From: Centroscyllium fabricii
Lineage: Eukaryota
NCBI GenBank assembly: GCA_051313645.2
Contig: JBNRSN020000001.1
Location: forward strand, 420,608,001-420,672,000
DNA length: 64,000 nt
Direction: 5' to 3'
A program made the translations under genes and the position numbers. Below are positions 1 to 12,479 of the stretch, in pieces; positions within the stretch are counted from its first letter, which is position 1, and each line of letters starts with the position of its first letter. A model generated the notes under the pieces. The model was not told the origin of the DNA and did not search any database. It worked only from the letters and a program-made list of their open reading frames with translations.

Positions 1-42
1 TTCTGTCTTGAAACATGACCCCTTTCCTTGAACTCTTGACAG

Positions 43-831
43 ATCAGTTATGCATCATCAGCGGAAGCGCTCAGTGACAAGGCAAGATTTGCATCATTTT
101 TACGGACTGTTCCAAGTGACATCCATCAAACTTTTGCCATGGCTAAACTTGTTGAGCACTTCCACTGGAACTGGGTTGGAGCTATTGGTACTGATGATAC
201 ATATGGACGGGATGGAATAAACAGTTTCATCTCACGGGCAAAAGAGTACAACATATGTGTTGATTTTCAGGAACTGATCCCAGTTTCTAACCATGAACAT
301 CAAAGTGATAAAATCAATGCAATAGCTGAAAAAATTACGGACTCAACTGCGGAAGTTATAATTGCATTTGTAAGGGAACCAGATATCACCAAACTGTTCA
401 CTGTACTGATTCAACGGAATGTAACTAAAACCTGGATTGCCAGTGATGCCTGGTCCACTTCTAGGCAGATTGCCAGAATTAATCATATTGAAAGAATTGG
501 AACTATTTTGGGCTTTACATTCAAAGGAGGAAACATTTCCAACTTTGAAGACTACTTAAAAAATTTGGAGATACATCCCAAAAATGCTAGCAAGCTTCTT
601 AAACAATACTTCAGCAATGCAAATAAAAGTGATACAAATAAACCAACTCAGAATGATAAAAACGCACAGCAAAACGAATCTCAGGCATATTTCAATATAA
701 TTGAAACTATTGATAAACCTGCTAGCTATGCAATATACTTAGCCATCAATGCCACAGTTTATGCTCTCCGGAGGATGCTCAATTGTAGTCAAGAAAAGTG
801 CAATGGAAATTTAAATTTCCCACCATGGCAG
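43..831 (+). CDS. gprc6a-like: Class C GPCR (GPRC6A-like), large Venus-flytrap exon (internal; upstream exons lie outside the window)
   Basis: Acceptor ttgacag at 36-42, then in-frame ISYASSAEALSDKARFASFLRTVPSD...HFHWNWVG...DDTYG...WIASDAW...FPPWQ, donor CAG|gtaaaa at 831/832. 789 nt, phase 0-0, same boundaries as the corresponding GPRC6A/CaSR exon. Confidence 0.9.
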
Positions 832-1149
832 GTAAAATATGTCAAGATTCTTTCTATATTACCCAGGCACTTCCAGAACATTGAGAGCCTACTCATCTCC
901 CTCATCCCCATGCCTTTATCTTCCCAAGACTTGATTTCTCAAACTCTTTCATTACAGGCACTCCTCCTCACCCTTCACAGCTTCTTTCCTATTCCAAACA
1001 AAGTCTTGTATGCACTGTCCTCATCTTCAAATTCCTCCATCACCTCACTCAATTCCACCTCTACAGTCTTCTTCATATCTATGCTCCAAATATACACTCC
1101 AGTCTTCTGCCTCTGGTCGATTCCACCATTAGTGACAAAGCTACCGGCT

Positions 1150-1628
1150 TCTCTTCTTCTTAGGCAGTCCCTCAGAACCGAGGATGAATTGCTTTCACAT
1201 TAAAAATGAGTTTGCAGGTGACTGATGAGTCCAATGCAGTGCCTACAGTCTCTTTCACAGGTGGGGCAGACGGGGGTTGAAGGGGCGGGTGGGTGGGGTG
1301 CTTGGGTTGACGTGTGCTCCTTGCGTTGCTTGCGCTTGGCTTCCGCTTGCTTCTGGCAAAGAGACTCGAGGTGTTCGGCGCCTTCCCGGATGCTTCTCCT
1401 CAACTTTGTGCGGTCTTGGGCCAGGGATTTCCAGGTGTTGGTGAGGATGTCACACTTTTTCAAGAAGGTTTTGAGGGTGGCCTTGAAGCGTTTCCTCTGC
1501 CCACCTGGGGCTCTCTTGCCGTGCTGGAGCTCCGAGTGGAGTGCTTGTTTTGGGAGTTTCGTATCGGGCATGCGGACAATGTGACCCATCCATCAGAGCT
1601 GATCGAGCGTGGTCAAAGCTTTGATGCT
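1150..1628 (-). mobile_element. RTE-clade LINE, 5'-truncated 3' end
   Basis: ORF GHIVRMPDTKLPKQ...GKRAPGGQRKRFK...CxxC...HLQTH; 3' end GAGGGACTGCCTAAGAAGAAG; 14-bp TSD CAAAGCTACC(G/A)GCT at 1136-1149 and 1629-1642. Confidence 0.85.
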
Positions 1629-1888
1629 CAAAGCTACCAGCTACCTCTCTCCTCATAAGCCTTCACAAAGTTTAACTCTTTGGTGGTAATTTTAACTTTT
1701 ATCACTGTGCATGAAATAGGCGTTAGCAAACCAACCACTCATTTTTGCAGTACCTTCCCCCCACAATTTTCTTCTCATGGATGTAAAACAGGTGACTGAT
1801 TTGCTATTGCCCGTGTATTGCCAGGTGATAAAAGTTACAATTATCTCCTTTTCTTCCCTAACCTCTTCTGCTTTCTTACTCAGTGTCT

Positions 1889-4800
1889 AGGGGAATGGTA
1901 GCATAGTGGTAATGTTACTGGACCAATAATCCAGTAATGATCTGGAGACATGAGTTCAAATCCCACCACAGCAGCTGGGGAATTTAATTTCAGTCAATTA
2001 ACTAAATCTAGAATTTAAAAATAAACTACCTTAAAAACCCAACCCATCTGGTTCACTAAGGTCCTTTGCAGAAGGAAATCTGCTATCCTTACTCCAGACC
2101 CACAGCAATGACACTTAACTGCCCTCTGAGGTAGCAAACCACTCAGTTATAACAATCTGCTGCAAGAAATAAGAATAAATCCAGACAGTCCCCAGCACAC
2201 CCAGCCCAGTTCAACCCTGCAAAGTCCTCCTCACCAACATCTGGGGACTTGTGCCAACAGTGGGAGAGCTCGTCAAGCAACAGCCTGACACAGTCATATG
2301 CACAGAATCATACCTTTCAGCCAATGTCCCAAACTCCTCCAGCCCCTGGGTATACAGTCTGGGAGTCCTGAACATTGACTCTGGACCCCATGGCTTCATT
2401 CCAACCTCCCTCCCTCAGCTGATGAATCAGTACTCCTCCATGTTGAAGAAGCACTGAGAGTAGCAATGGCAGTCCAAGCCTGTGACAGGTGGTGAGAGAA
2501 CCAACACAAGGGGGAAAAAAACTACTTGACCTCGTCCCCACCAATCTAACATCGCAGATCAATGCCCATGACAGTATTGGTCGCAATGACCACCACACAG
2601 TCATTGTGGAGACAAGGTTCCATTTTCACACTGAGGACACCCTCCTGCTAAATGGGATAGATTAAAAACAAATCGAGCAGCTCAAAACTGGGCATCCATG
2701 AGGCGCCATGGGGCAGCAGCAGCAGAATTGTATTCCACCACAATCTGTAGCCTCATGGCCTGGCATTTCCCTCACTCTACCATTACCATCAAGGCCAGGG
2801 GACCAACCCTGGCTCAATGAGGAATGTACAGGAGCAGCACCAGACGTACTTAAAACTGAGGTGCCAACCTGGGGAAGCTGCAACACAGGACTACATGCAT
2901 ACTAAAAAGCATAAGCAGCATGGTATAGACAGGGCTAAGCGATCCCACAATCAGTGGATCAGATCAAAGCTCTGCAGTCCTGCCAAATCCAGTCATGAAT
3001 AGTGGTGGACCATTAAACAATTAATGGGAGGAGGAGGCTCCATGAATATCCCCATCCTCAATGATGGTGGAACTCAGCACGTGAGTGCAAAAGACAAGGC
3101 TGGAGCATTTGCAACTATCTTCAGCTAGAAGTGCTGAGTGGATGATCCATATCGGCCTCCACCTGAGGTCCCCAGCATCACAGAAGCCAGTCTTCAGCCA
3201 ATTCGATTCACTCCATGTGATATCAAGAAACAGCTGAGCGCACTGGATACAGCAAAGGTTATGGGTCCCAGCTGTCGTGCTGAAGACTTGTGCTCCTGAA
3301 CTAGCCGCACCTCAAGCCAAGCTGTTCCAGTACAGCTACAACACTGGCATCTATCTGACAATATGGAAAACTGCCCAGGTATGCCCTGTCCACAAAAACC
3401 AGGACAAATCCAATCCGGCCAAATACTGCGCCATCAGTCTACTCTCAATCATCAGCAAAGTGATGGAAGTTGTCATCGACAGTGCTATCAAGTGGCACTT
3501 ACTCACCAATAACCTGCTCACTGATGCCCAGTTTGGGTTCTGCCAGGTCCACTCGGCTCCAGACCTCATTACAGCCTTGGTCCAAACATGGGCAAAGAAC
3601 CTGAATTCCAGAGGTGAGGTGAGAGTGACTGCCCTTGACATCAAGGCAGCATTTGACCAAATGTGGCATCAAGGAACCCTAGTAAAACTGAAGTCAATGG
3701 GAATCGGGGGGGGGGAAAACTCTCCACTGGCTGAAGTCATACCTATTTTAAAGGAAGATGGTTGTGGTGGTTGGAGGTCAATCATCACAGTCCCAGGACA
3801 TCGCTGCAGGAGTTCCTCAGGGCAGTGTCCTAGGCCCAACCATCTTCAACTGCTTCATCAATCACCTTCCCTCCAACATAAGGTTAGAAATGCGAATGTT
3901 CACCGATGACTGCACAGCGTTCAGTGCCATTTGCAACTCCTCAGATAATGAAGCAGTCCATGCCCACATGCAACAAGACCTGGTCAACATTCAGGCTTGG
4001 GGCTGATAAGTGGCAGGTAACATTTGCGCCACGCAAGTGCCAGGCAATGGCAATCTCCAACAAGCGAGAGTCTGACCACCATCCCTTGACATTCAATGCC
4101 ATTACCATCACCGAATCCACCACCATCAACATCCTGGGGGTCACCATTGACCAGAAACTTAACTGGATCAGCCACATAAATACTGTGGCAACAAGAGCAG
4201 GTCAGAGGCTAGCTGTTCTGCAGTGAGTGTCTCACCTCCTGACTCCCTGACGTATCGTCAGTTAACTCAATAAAGCCAAAGACGAGTAGTGACCTTAACT
4301 ACAGGCTTTTATTGACTTACATAGGAGCTATACTCCGAACGAACAACAGGTACAGAATGGACGGGGTCTGGTCAGTCCTCACCTATAAAGGGCCTCACCT
4401 GGGGGAGGAGTTAGAGGTGTGGCTGACCTGGCCCCACGACAGTGTCGCAACATCTCATGCACCCGACCGCTATGCACACTAGTAATATTGGCACCAATAT
4501 TACGGTGGTAATTTATACATATACGGTTACCACACTCCCCAAAGCCTTTCCTCCATCTACAAGGCACAAGTACGGAGTGTGATGGAATACTCTCTACTTG
4601 CTTGGATGAGTGCCGTCCCAACAACACTCAAGAAACTCGACACCATCCAGGACAAAGCGGCCCGATTGATTGGCTCCCCATCCACCACTGGCGTACTGTA
4701 GCTGCAGTGTGTACCATCTACAAGATGCACTGCAGCAACTCGCCAAGGCTTCTTCAACAGTACATCTTAAACCCATGACTTCTACCACCTAGAAGGACAA

Positions 4801-5048
4801 GGGCAGCAAGCACATGGGAACACCACCACCTCCAGGTTCCCCTGCAAGTCACACACCATCCTGACTTGGAAATATATCGCCGTTCCTTCATCGTCGCTAG
4901 GTCAAAATCCTGGAACTCCCTCCCTAACAGCACTGTGGGAGTATCTTCACCACATGGACTGCAGCTCACCACCAACTTCTCGGGAGCAATTAGGGATGGG
5001 CAATAAATACTGGCCATGCTAGCGATGCCCAGATCCCAAGAACAAATT
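1889..5048 (+). mobile_element. Degenerate CR1/L2-group LINE (APE endonuclease + RT) preceded by a tRNA-like Pol III head
   Basis: Box A TAGCATAGTGG at 1899-1909, box B GTTCAAATCC at 1954-1963; EN remnant VLLTNIWGLV...TESYL; RT QFGF...ALDIKAAFD, GVPQGSVLGP, FTDD; many stops and frameshifts. Confidence 0.8.
4248..4534 (-). mobile_element. Solo LTR related to the Gypsy LTR at 60607-60905
   Basis: TG...CA ends; 5-bp TSD CTCCC at 4243-4247 and 4535-4539; reverse complement aligns along its length to 60607-60905. Confidence 0.9.
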
Positions 5049-5337
5049 TGATAAGAACTCTCCCTGTAAGCTCCCATCTAGCTCAGGAGCAGATATCAGA
5101 TGGCAGTGTGATAACTAATCTCAGCATCCTGTAGGATAAGAAGTGCAGAAGACAGCCTTCTGCAGAAAAAACCTCATACTCCACAAAAATCTTAAGTTCA
5201 CTCACCTGCTTCACTAAACTTATAACTATCTCCTGACACTTGCAACAGGTGAACTACTTGTAACACTGGGAACCCCCTGCTTTCCAAAGTTAGCTGAAAT
5301 GTATACGTGAAATGTATAAGAAACACAAATGAAACCC

Positions 5338-5435
5338 AGTTCTGATGAAGGGTCATCGACCTGAAACGTTAACTCTGTTTCTCTCTCCACAGATGCTGCC
5401 TGACCTGCTGAATATTTCCAGCATTTTCTGTTTCT
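5338..5435 (+). ncRNA. Penelope-like element terminal fragment with a minimal type I hammerhead ribozyme motif
   Basis: agtt-CTGATGA-a-gggtc/atc/gacct-GAAA-CG-TT-aact: stem I agtt/aact, stem II, palindromic AACGTT stem III; followed by the typical ctctccacagatgctgcctgacctgctga tail. Confidence 0.7.
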
Positions 5436-5787
5436 ATTTAACATAGAGGAACTTGTTCTTTGGAAGTGCTGGCAGTCATAGTCCTCCTCTGAAGTTCCCT
5501 CTTTGGTACCTGAAATGATAAAGCAAGAAAGTAAAAATGAAACGAAACTGTACGAAACTGTATGGCCGTTAACTATAATATCTAACCCTAACTTGCCACA
5601 GCACAACTCCCTCAGTCACAATGCCATTGTTGTAAAACTCTCTCCTGCTGCCCAAGTCTTACTCTACCTGAAGTCTGTTAGTGTACTATTACATACCTTA
5701 GCATTCACAATGAAAATCAGGTATTCTTTGTGTGTTCAACATATTACTGTATAACCTTCCAATAACTGAATAATGTTTTATTTGCAG

Positions 5788-5988
5788 TTGTTCAATGAAT
5801 TGAAGACCGTTAGCTTTAAGACAGAACATGGGCAATTTCAATTTGACAGTTCAGGAGATTCCTCAAATGGATATGACATAATCAGCTGGACAATGGTGAA
5901 AGGTTCAATAGAGTATGTCACAGTTGGGGGCTACGATGTGATAAAGAAAATGATAAGTATCAAGGATTACTTCAGGAACACCACAAAG
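5788..5988 (+). CDS. gprc6a-like: Class C GPCR exon, end of Venus-flytrap domain
   Basis: tttgcag|TTG acceptor; LFNELKTVSF...FDSSGDSSNGYDIISW...VGGY...NTTK; donor AAG|gtgatc; 201 nt, phase 0-0. Confidence 0.88.
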
Positions 5989-6479
5989 GTGATCTATTTA
6001 AAACAATTCAAGAATTGGTGTTTGAGTTCTACATTTTTCAGTGCAGAAGTTTTTTTAAATATCTAATATAAAACAATTTGGGCTAGAATTGGATTTCTTT
6101 ATAGTATAAAGTTTTGCAATGGTGTTAAGTTTACTTTGAAAAGTCACTGTTCCAGGTAAAAGTTACAGACGAGTGTTTAAGTTGTGATTGGTTCTTGTTG
6201 TTCCTCAATATCTTCCATCTACCTTTCAGTGGGGAATGAAAATCTTCTTCTTTCAATTCTTCAGACTCAATGGGCCAGTGCTTCAGGCGCCAGGGTCTGT
6301 ATTAATGGACATAGAAGCCTGAGGCCTACTCTGCTCACAATAAGCTCCATGCACCCAATGCAGGCAAGCGGAACCGAGTGTGCTAGCAACCTGCACTTTG
6401 ACATAACGATGATCAATACCCCAGAAATTATTTATATTAGGGGGTCTCCGAATAATGTAGCTGAAGTGCCTAAACAGCA

Positions 6480-7230
6480 TTATATGGGCGGGGTGGGGGG
6501 GGGGGGGGGTTGGAGGGCCGTGAGGGTAGGTTTCTGGTGGGGCGGGGTTTAAAATCCCCAAATACGGGGGGCTCCTGACCTCTCCCGCCGGATCACCGCC
6601 GCTTTGCGGTTTTCGGGCGGCATGTCCAGCCGACTCGAATCTTGCCCACCCACAACCGGCGGGGTTGATCGTTGAGGTAATTAGGAGCCCTTAATTGACA
6701 TGGTTAATCTCATTTTAAGGGCCCCTCACAATTTTGAAGCCCTTCCCACCCAGTCCCCGCTATCCTTAAACCCTGCCGGTGAAACCCAGCGGGATCACAG
6801 TCGGCTTGGTCACTTTCACCTTCAAGGCATTGAAGGACCTACAGCAGAATGCTTTCCAGGCCTTCAACACCCTGAAGGTTTAAGTGACGCCCTTAGGTGA
6901 AGACCAGCTGTGAAGAAAACACTCAAATCACTTACCTTGACAGATGCAGCAGAGACAGCCCCTCACTGTGAAAGCTTTGCAGCATGTCCTTAGACCTGTC
7001 ACTCAACCCACTTGGGCTTTGAGATTGGTTGCACTCCATTGTGATGTCACAATGGACTGTTTCCATAGAAACTAACAACACACAGCCGCTAGAACTGCCA
7101 ATCAAACCTGCGGCTGTCAACTCCAGCCGGCTGCTTTCTGACTGGAAATTGTGTATTGGCAAGGGCTTCCCACATGCAGGCAATTAATTGGCCAGTTAAG
7201 TCAAACTTGCGTGGGGTTCCCAGGCCCTCA
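6480..7230. repeat. GC-rich non-autonomous DNA-transposon-like repeat with short internal hairpins
   Basis: Internal palindromes CCTTCA...TGAAGG (twice) and CAATTAATTG; similar in style to 35800-36644; boundaries uncertain. Confidence 0.35.
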
Positions 7231-8004
7231 AACATTCATGTCAGAAAACTGACATGTCCAAAACACACCATCTTCCCACACCTTTGCAAAAATCCCCCCC
7301 TCTATCACCGAGTGCTCATATCCAACAGGTACTGAAGGGAAAATCTGCCTAAAAAAATCTAAGTTTTGTTTCAGGGTGCTATTTAATGTTACACCTTTAC
7401 TTAATGCCCCACCTTTGTCCATGCCTCAAATGATAAATTCTTCAATAGGACTTTGTGCTCCAGGGCATTTAAATCAAAGCATTACCATACGGGCAACCAT
7501 CAACTATTCTATTGCTGTTGGAACCCACCTTTTAGCCCCAACCACCTGTGTTGCTCTCAGCATGCCATGCAACACTAAATTATCTTAATGAGCTGACCTT
7601 GTATTATCAAGCAAGTTCAGCTTATTTTCACTTTATTTTAGGACCTAATTTTTGGCCACATTTTCTCAAGGTCTTTCACAAGTCCAAACAACGGCTACTA
7701 TCTCTTACCTTGATGGAAACACTCAGCCCTTCCTCATCTATTGATATTCTTAGCTTCACTCACTCCTCTGATCTCAACTTGAACTTTCACATCTCCTTTA
7801 CTGCTAAAGTTGGCTCCAAGAATCTTTTTTTGTGCCAAACTTCTTTTCCTCTCAGTAACTATTTGAGTCTCAGTTCCATTAACACTGCACCAATACCTGG
7901 AGAGATTCTTCTAGCAACTCTACTTACATTCCTGCCATTTAATGAGATCATGGATGATCATCCAAATTCAGTACCCTGTCCCTGCTTTCTCCCCATATCC
8001 CAGA

Positions 8005-8885
8005 AGTAGAGACCTCCCAGATGCAGTGATGGACGACGAACTGCGAAATGTTAGCTATGTCTCTGGCGAAGAAATTGAGGGTGACGGTGACCTTGACTAC
8101 CACTGAGAGAGTCGTGGTCACCCTGGTCTGAGGCTGGAGGTCTGGTTGCAGCAGTTGGCAGAGTTCTGTGGTCACCTCCTTGGTGAAGTGGAGTCTTCTA
8201 ATGTAATGCTCCTCGCTTAATTGGAGGTAGGAGAAGTGCTCTTGAATACCCTTGGAGGGTAAGGCCACCTGCTGAGAGCACTGTTGGCCCTCCTCTTCAA
8301 TCTGGCCACATGTTCCAATCTTTCTCGCTGCCTTTGCTCCCTCTGCCGTAGATCCTGGAGGGTGAGGTACAGCCCCCATTAATGTAACCAAGTGTAGCAG
8401 TTGATTTTTTAAAGAATAAATGTAGCTACTTTTCAGTTGCCACAACACTCCTGATATTAAATAACTTTGAAATTACGGAATTAAATTGTTGGACAATGTG
8501 AAACTGACAAGAAATCATTGAAACTCCACTAACCTATAGCTGTGACTCATTACGGATGATCCCGTTAAATAACGTCCCTGGACCTGGCTTCCTGGTGCTT
8601 CACACCAGCTCTCTCTGTCACTGTTCACTCCAGGCGCTAAGGTAGGTGGTGACAATCAATTTCACAGATCGGGAAGTCAGTGAGCATTGCACACTCACTG
8701 TCCTCATGATCCACCTGGCATGGAGGCTCCCGACTTTAACTGTTAGCGGCGTCACTGCAGGTGGGGGGGCGGAATTTGACGTGCCATTGGATTTGCCTCA
8801 CGCCGGCAATAATGCTCTAGTGCCCAGTTAGCGTCATCTGCTGGCACTAACTGGAGGTGCTAAGATAATGAACTTTTCCCCCCAA
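8005..8885 (-). mobile_element. PIF/Harbinger transposon remnant (HARBI1-like nuclease N-terminus)
   Basis: Translation LSEEHYIRRLHFTKEVTTELCQLLQPDLQP...VKVTVTLNFF...DIANISQ resembles Harbinger DDE transposases; truncated. Confidence 0.7.
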
Positions 8886-9102
8886 AACTCTGGAATGACT
8901 TACCATTCTCATTGTTCTCCTCCCCCTATAATCTACCAGCCTTTAAAACTCAACCTTTGCATTGCATAATCATTAATTCTTCATTTATCCCATCTTCTCC
9001 CTTATTCTTTTCAAACTTGGTGGTATCCTGAACTATGGGTCTTGGCACCTTATTTGTATTTCTCAACAGTAAAACAAAATCATTGCTGGATCACCATGAA
9101 TC

Positions 9103-12100
9103 TTGAGGGGGGAAGGGGACCAGGTAGAAGTTGTGGTCCACATTGGCACTAACGACATAGGAAAAAAGGGGGTCGAGGTCCTGCAAAAAGAATTTAGGGA
9201 GCTAGGTAACAAGCTAAAAAGCAGGACCCCAAAGGTTGTAATCTCTGGATTACTCCCAGTGCCACGGGCTAGTGATTATAAGAACCGTAAGATAGAGCAG
9301 CTTAACTCGTGGCTAAGAAGTTGGTGTAAGGGGGAGGGTTTCAGCTTTTTGGATAATTGGTCCCGCTTCTGTGGAAAGTGGAACCTATACATGCCCGACG
9401 GATTGCACCTGAACCGGAAGGGGACCAATATCCTTGCAGGAAGGTTTGCTAGCCGGGTTGGGGTGGGTTTAAACTAATTTGGCAGGGGGAGGGGACCCAG
9501 AGTGAAGGTAAAATGGATAGGGGAACACAACCAAATAAAGGAAAGCAGACTAGACAGCAAAACAAGGTAGTTTTAGGACAGAGAATGAAGGGTATATACT
9601 TTAACGCAAGAAGTCTGACTAACAAGGTGGATGAGTTAAAGGTATTGGTTGACTCATGGGATTATGATATAGTAGCTATCACGGAGACGTGGCTGAAAGA
9701 GGGGCAAGAATGGCAGCTAAATATTCCGGGGTATAGAATTTTCAGGCGAGACAGAGACGAGGGAAAAAGGGGAGGGGGGGTAGCAATACTGATTAAGGAG
9801 TCAATCACAGCCATTAGGCGGGTCGACCTAATGGACGATTCCTCAAACGAGGCACTATGGGTGGAGGTAAAAAATAAAAAGGGGGGCGGCACCTTACTGG
9901 GAGTTTATTATAGACCACCAAACAGTAAAGGGGAGGTAGAGGATAAGATATGTGAACAAATCACGAAGATAAGTGAAAATAATAAAGTAACAATACTAGG
10001 GGACTTTAATTTCCCCAATATCAACTGGGAGAATCAAAGTGTGAGGGGCACGGATGGTTCAGCATTCTTACAATGCAGCCAAGATAATTTTTTGAAACAA
10101 TATGTTGGGTCACCTACAAGGGGGGGGGCGGTACTAGACCTAATACTTGGGAACGAGGACGGGCAGATAGAGGAGGTAACAGTGGGGGAGCACTTCGGGG
10201 ATAGCGACCACAATTCAGTTAGTTTCAAAATTGTAATGGAGAAAGATAAAAATGGACCAGGGGTAAAAATACTAAACTGGGGGAAGGCGGATTTCAATAA
10301 AATTAGGAACGATGTAACCGCAGTAGATTGGGGCCATCTCCTCAGAGGAAGATCTGCATCAGAGCAGTGGGAGGCCTTCAGAGGGGAAGTCGGGAAGATA
10401 CAGGAGGAACATGTTCCTGCAAAAATTAAGGGTGGGGGAGACAAACAAAGGGAACCTTGGATGTCTAGGGATATATGTAAATTAATGAAAAAAAAAAGGG
10501 GGGCTTTTAATGAATATAAACGGCTAAAAACTGAGGAGGCACTAGGGGAGTATAAGAAATATAGGGGTGATTTAAAGAAGGAGATAAGAAAAGCCAAGAG
10601 AGGTCATGAGATTACAATGGCCGGTAAAATCAAGGATAACCCTAAGGCATTTTATAGTTATATAAAAAACAAAAGGATCACGAGGGAAAGAGTGGGGCCC
10701 ATTAAAGACGATAGCGGAAAGCTGTGCGTCGAGCCTGAGGAGGTGGGGGAGGTACTAAATGAATTCTTCTCTTCAGTATTCACAAGAGAGAGGGACGATA
10801 CCGACATCGAAATCGGACAGAGTGTAGGGGGGGTAATTGAGGATATTACCATTACAAGGGAAGAAGTTCTAGAAATCCTGGGAGGCTTAAAGGTGGACAA
10901 ATCACCAGGGCCGGACGCAATGTTCCCCAGGCTGCTGTTCGAGGCCAGGGAGGAGCTTGCGGGCCCCCTGTCTCAAATCTTCAGGACCTCTCTCGCGTCA
11001 GGGGATGTACCTGAGGACTGGAGAACGGCTAATATAGTACCCCTGTTTAAAAAGGGTAGTAGGGACAAACCGGGTAACTACAGGCCAATCAGTCTTACAT
11101 CTGTAGTGGGGAAAGTAATGGAAAAAATTCTGAGGGATAAAATCAGTTCGCATTTGGACAAACAAGGTCTAATAAGAGACAGTCAGCATGGCTTCGTCAA
11201 AGGTAAGTCGTGCCTGACCAATCTGTTGGAATTCTTTGAGGAGGTAACAAAGAGGGTGGATGAAGGGAGTACTGTGGACGTAGTGTATATGGACTTTAGC
11301 AAAGCTTTTGATAAAGTCCCACATAGGAGACTAATAACAAAGGTTAGAGCGCACGGGATACAGGGTAACTTGGCACAGTGGATCGAAAATTGGCTGGGGG
11401 ATAGGAGACAAAGGGTAATGGTAGAGGGCTGCTTCTGTGACTGGAAACCAGTAACCAGTGGCGTCCCCCAAGGATCGGTTTTGGGACCCTTACTGTTTCT
11501 AGTATACATCAACGATTTGGATATGGGAGTAGGGGGTATGATCAGCAAATTCGCTGATGATACAAAAATCGGAAGGGTGGTAAACAACGATGAGGATAGT
11601 AAGGGGCTTCAGGAGGATATAGATATAATGGTTAATTGGGCGGAAAAATGGCAAATGGAGTTCAACCCAGAGAAATGCGAGGTCATACAATTCGGTAGAC
11701 CAAATGGGGTAAGGGAATATACCATGAACAACAAAACGTTAAGTAGGACCGAGGAACAGAGGGACCTTGGGGTACAGGTGCACAGCTCCCTGAAGGTTGC
11801 TGGACACGTTAACAAGGTGGTTAAGAAGGCATACGGAATTCTCGCCTTTATTAACCAGGGCATAGTATACAAAAGTAGGGAGGTAATGTTAAACTTGTAT
11901 AACACACTGGTGAGACCTCAGCTGGAGTACTGTGTGCAGTTCTGGTCACCGCACTTCAGGAAGGATGTGGTTGCCCTGGAAAGGGTGCAGAGAAGGTTTA
12001 CCAGGATGATACCTGGTCTGGGGGACTTATGCTACGAAGAAAGGCTGGACAGGCTGGGGTTGTTTGCCTTGGAGAAGAGAAGGTGGAGGGGTGACATGAT

Positions 12101-12479
12101 TGAGGTGTACAAGATCATGAGGGGACACGATAGGGTAGACAAAGGGGCATTGTTTCCCCTGGTGGGAGAGTCAAGTACTAGGGGACATAGATTCAAGATC
12201 AGGGGGGGGAGGTTTAGGGGGGAGGTAAGGAGAAATTTCTTTACCCAGAGGGTGGTGGAAGTCTGGAACTCCCTGCCTGTGAGGGTGGTGGAGGCAGGAA
12301 CCATCACAACATTTAAAAAATACTTGGACCAGCACATGAAGGACCATAACATACAGGGTTATGGGCCAGGTGCGGGCAACTGGGGTTAATACAGTGAGGA
12401 GTTTTTCTGGGCCGGTGCGGACTGGATGGGCCGAATGGCCCTTATCCGCACTGTAAAATTTCTATGATTCTATGATTCT
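9103..12479 (+). mobile_element. Young CR1 LINE, truncated within ORF1
   Basis: ORF1 SGNH-esterase end (GTND, DGLH) at 9103-9477; uninterrupted ORF2; (TTCTATGA)n tail; TSD ATGAATC at 9096-9102 and 12480-12486. Confidence 0.95.
9513..12389 (+). CDS. CR1 ORF2, APE endonuclease + reverse transcriptase (958 aa, no stops)
   Basis: NARSL, ITETW, GDFN, SDHN (EN); SQHGF, DFSKAFD, GVPQGSVLGP, FADD (RT). Confidence 0.93.
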   Translation: MDRGTQPNKGKQTRQQNKVVLGQRMKGIYFNARSLTNKVDELKVLVDSWDYDIVAITETWLKEGQEWQLNIPGYRIFRRDRDEGKRGGGVAILIKESITAIRRVDLMDDSSNEALWVEVKNKKGGGTLLGVYYRPPNSKGEVEDKICEQITKISENNKVTILGDFNFPNINWENQSVRGTDGSAFLQCSQDNFLKQYVGSPTRGGAVLDLILGNEDGQIEEVTVGEHFGDSDHNSVSFKIVMEKDKNGPGVKILNWGKADFNKIRNDVTAVDWGHLLRGRSASEQWEAFRGEVGKIQEEHVPAKIKGGGDKQREPWMSRDICKLMKKKRGAFNEYKRLKTEEALGEYKKYRGDLKKEIRKAKRGHEITMAGKIKDNPKAFYSYIKNKRITRERVGPIKDDSGKLCVEPEEVGEVLNEFFSSVFTRERDDTDIEIGQSVGGVIEDITITREEVLEILGGLKVDKSPGPDAMFPRLLFEAREELAGPLSQIFRTSLASGDVPEDWRTANIVPLFKKGSRDKPGNYRPISLTSVVGKVMEKILRDKISSHLDKQGLIRDSQHGFVKGKSCLTNLLEFFEEVTKRVDEGSTVDVVYMDFSKAFDKVPHRRLITKVRAHGIQGNLAQWIENWLGDRRQRVMVEGCFCDWKPVTSGVPQGSVLGPLLFLVYINDLDMGVGGMISKFADDTKIGRVVNNDEDSKGLQEDIDIMVNWAEKWQMEFNPEKCEVIQFGRPNGVREYTMNNKTLSRTEEQRDLGVQVHSSLKVAGHVNKVVKKAYGILAFINQGIVYKSREVMLNLYNTLVRPQLEYCVQFWSPHFRKDVVALERVQRRFTRMIPGLGDLCYEERLDRLGLFALEKRRWRGDMIEVYKIMRGHDRVDKGALFPLVGESSTRGHRFKIRGGRFRGEVRRNFFTQRVVEVWNSLPVRVVEAGTITTFKKYLDQHMKDHNIQGYGPGAGNWG

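Noticed and set aside
832-1203. Hydrophobic C-terminal extension of the 354-aa ORF
   Set aside because: Read-through into the intron past the conserved donor at 831/832; homology resumes at 5788.
7930-8000. Local duplication with 12671-12750
   Set aside because: Both are copies of the common CR1/HE1 3' tail.
7948-8448. Host HARBI1 gene
   Set aside because: Truncated, internally deleted and lacking the catalytic core; a transposon remnant.
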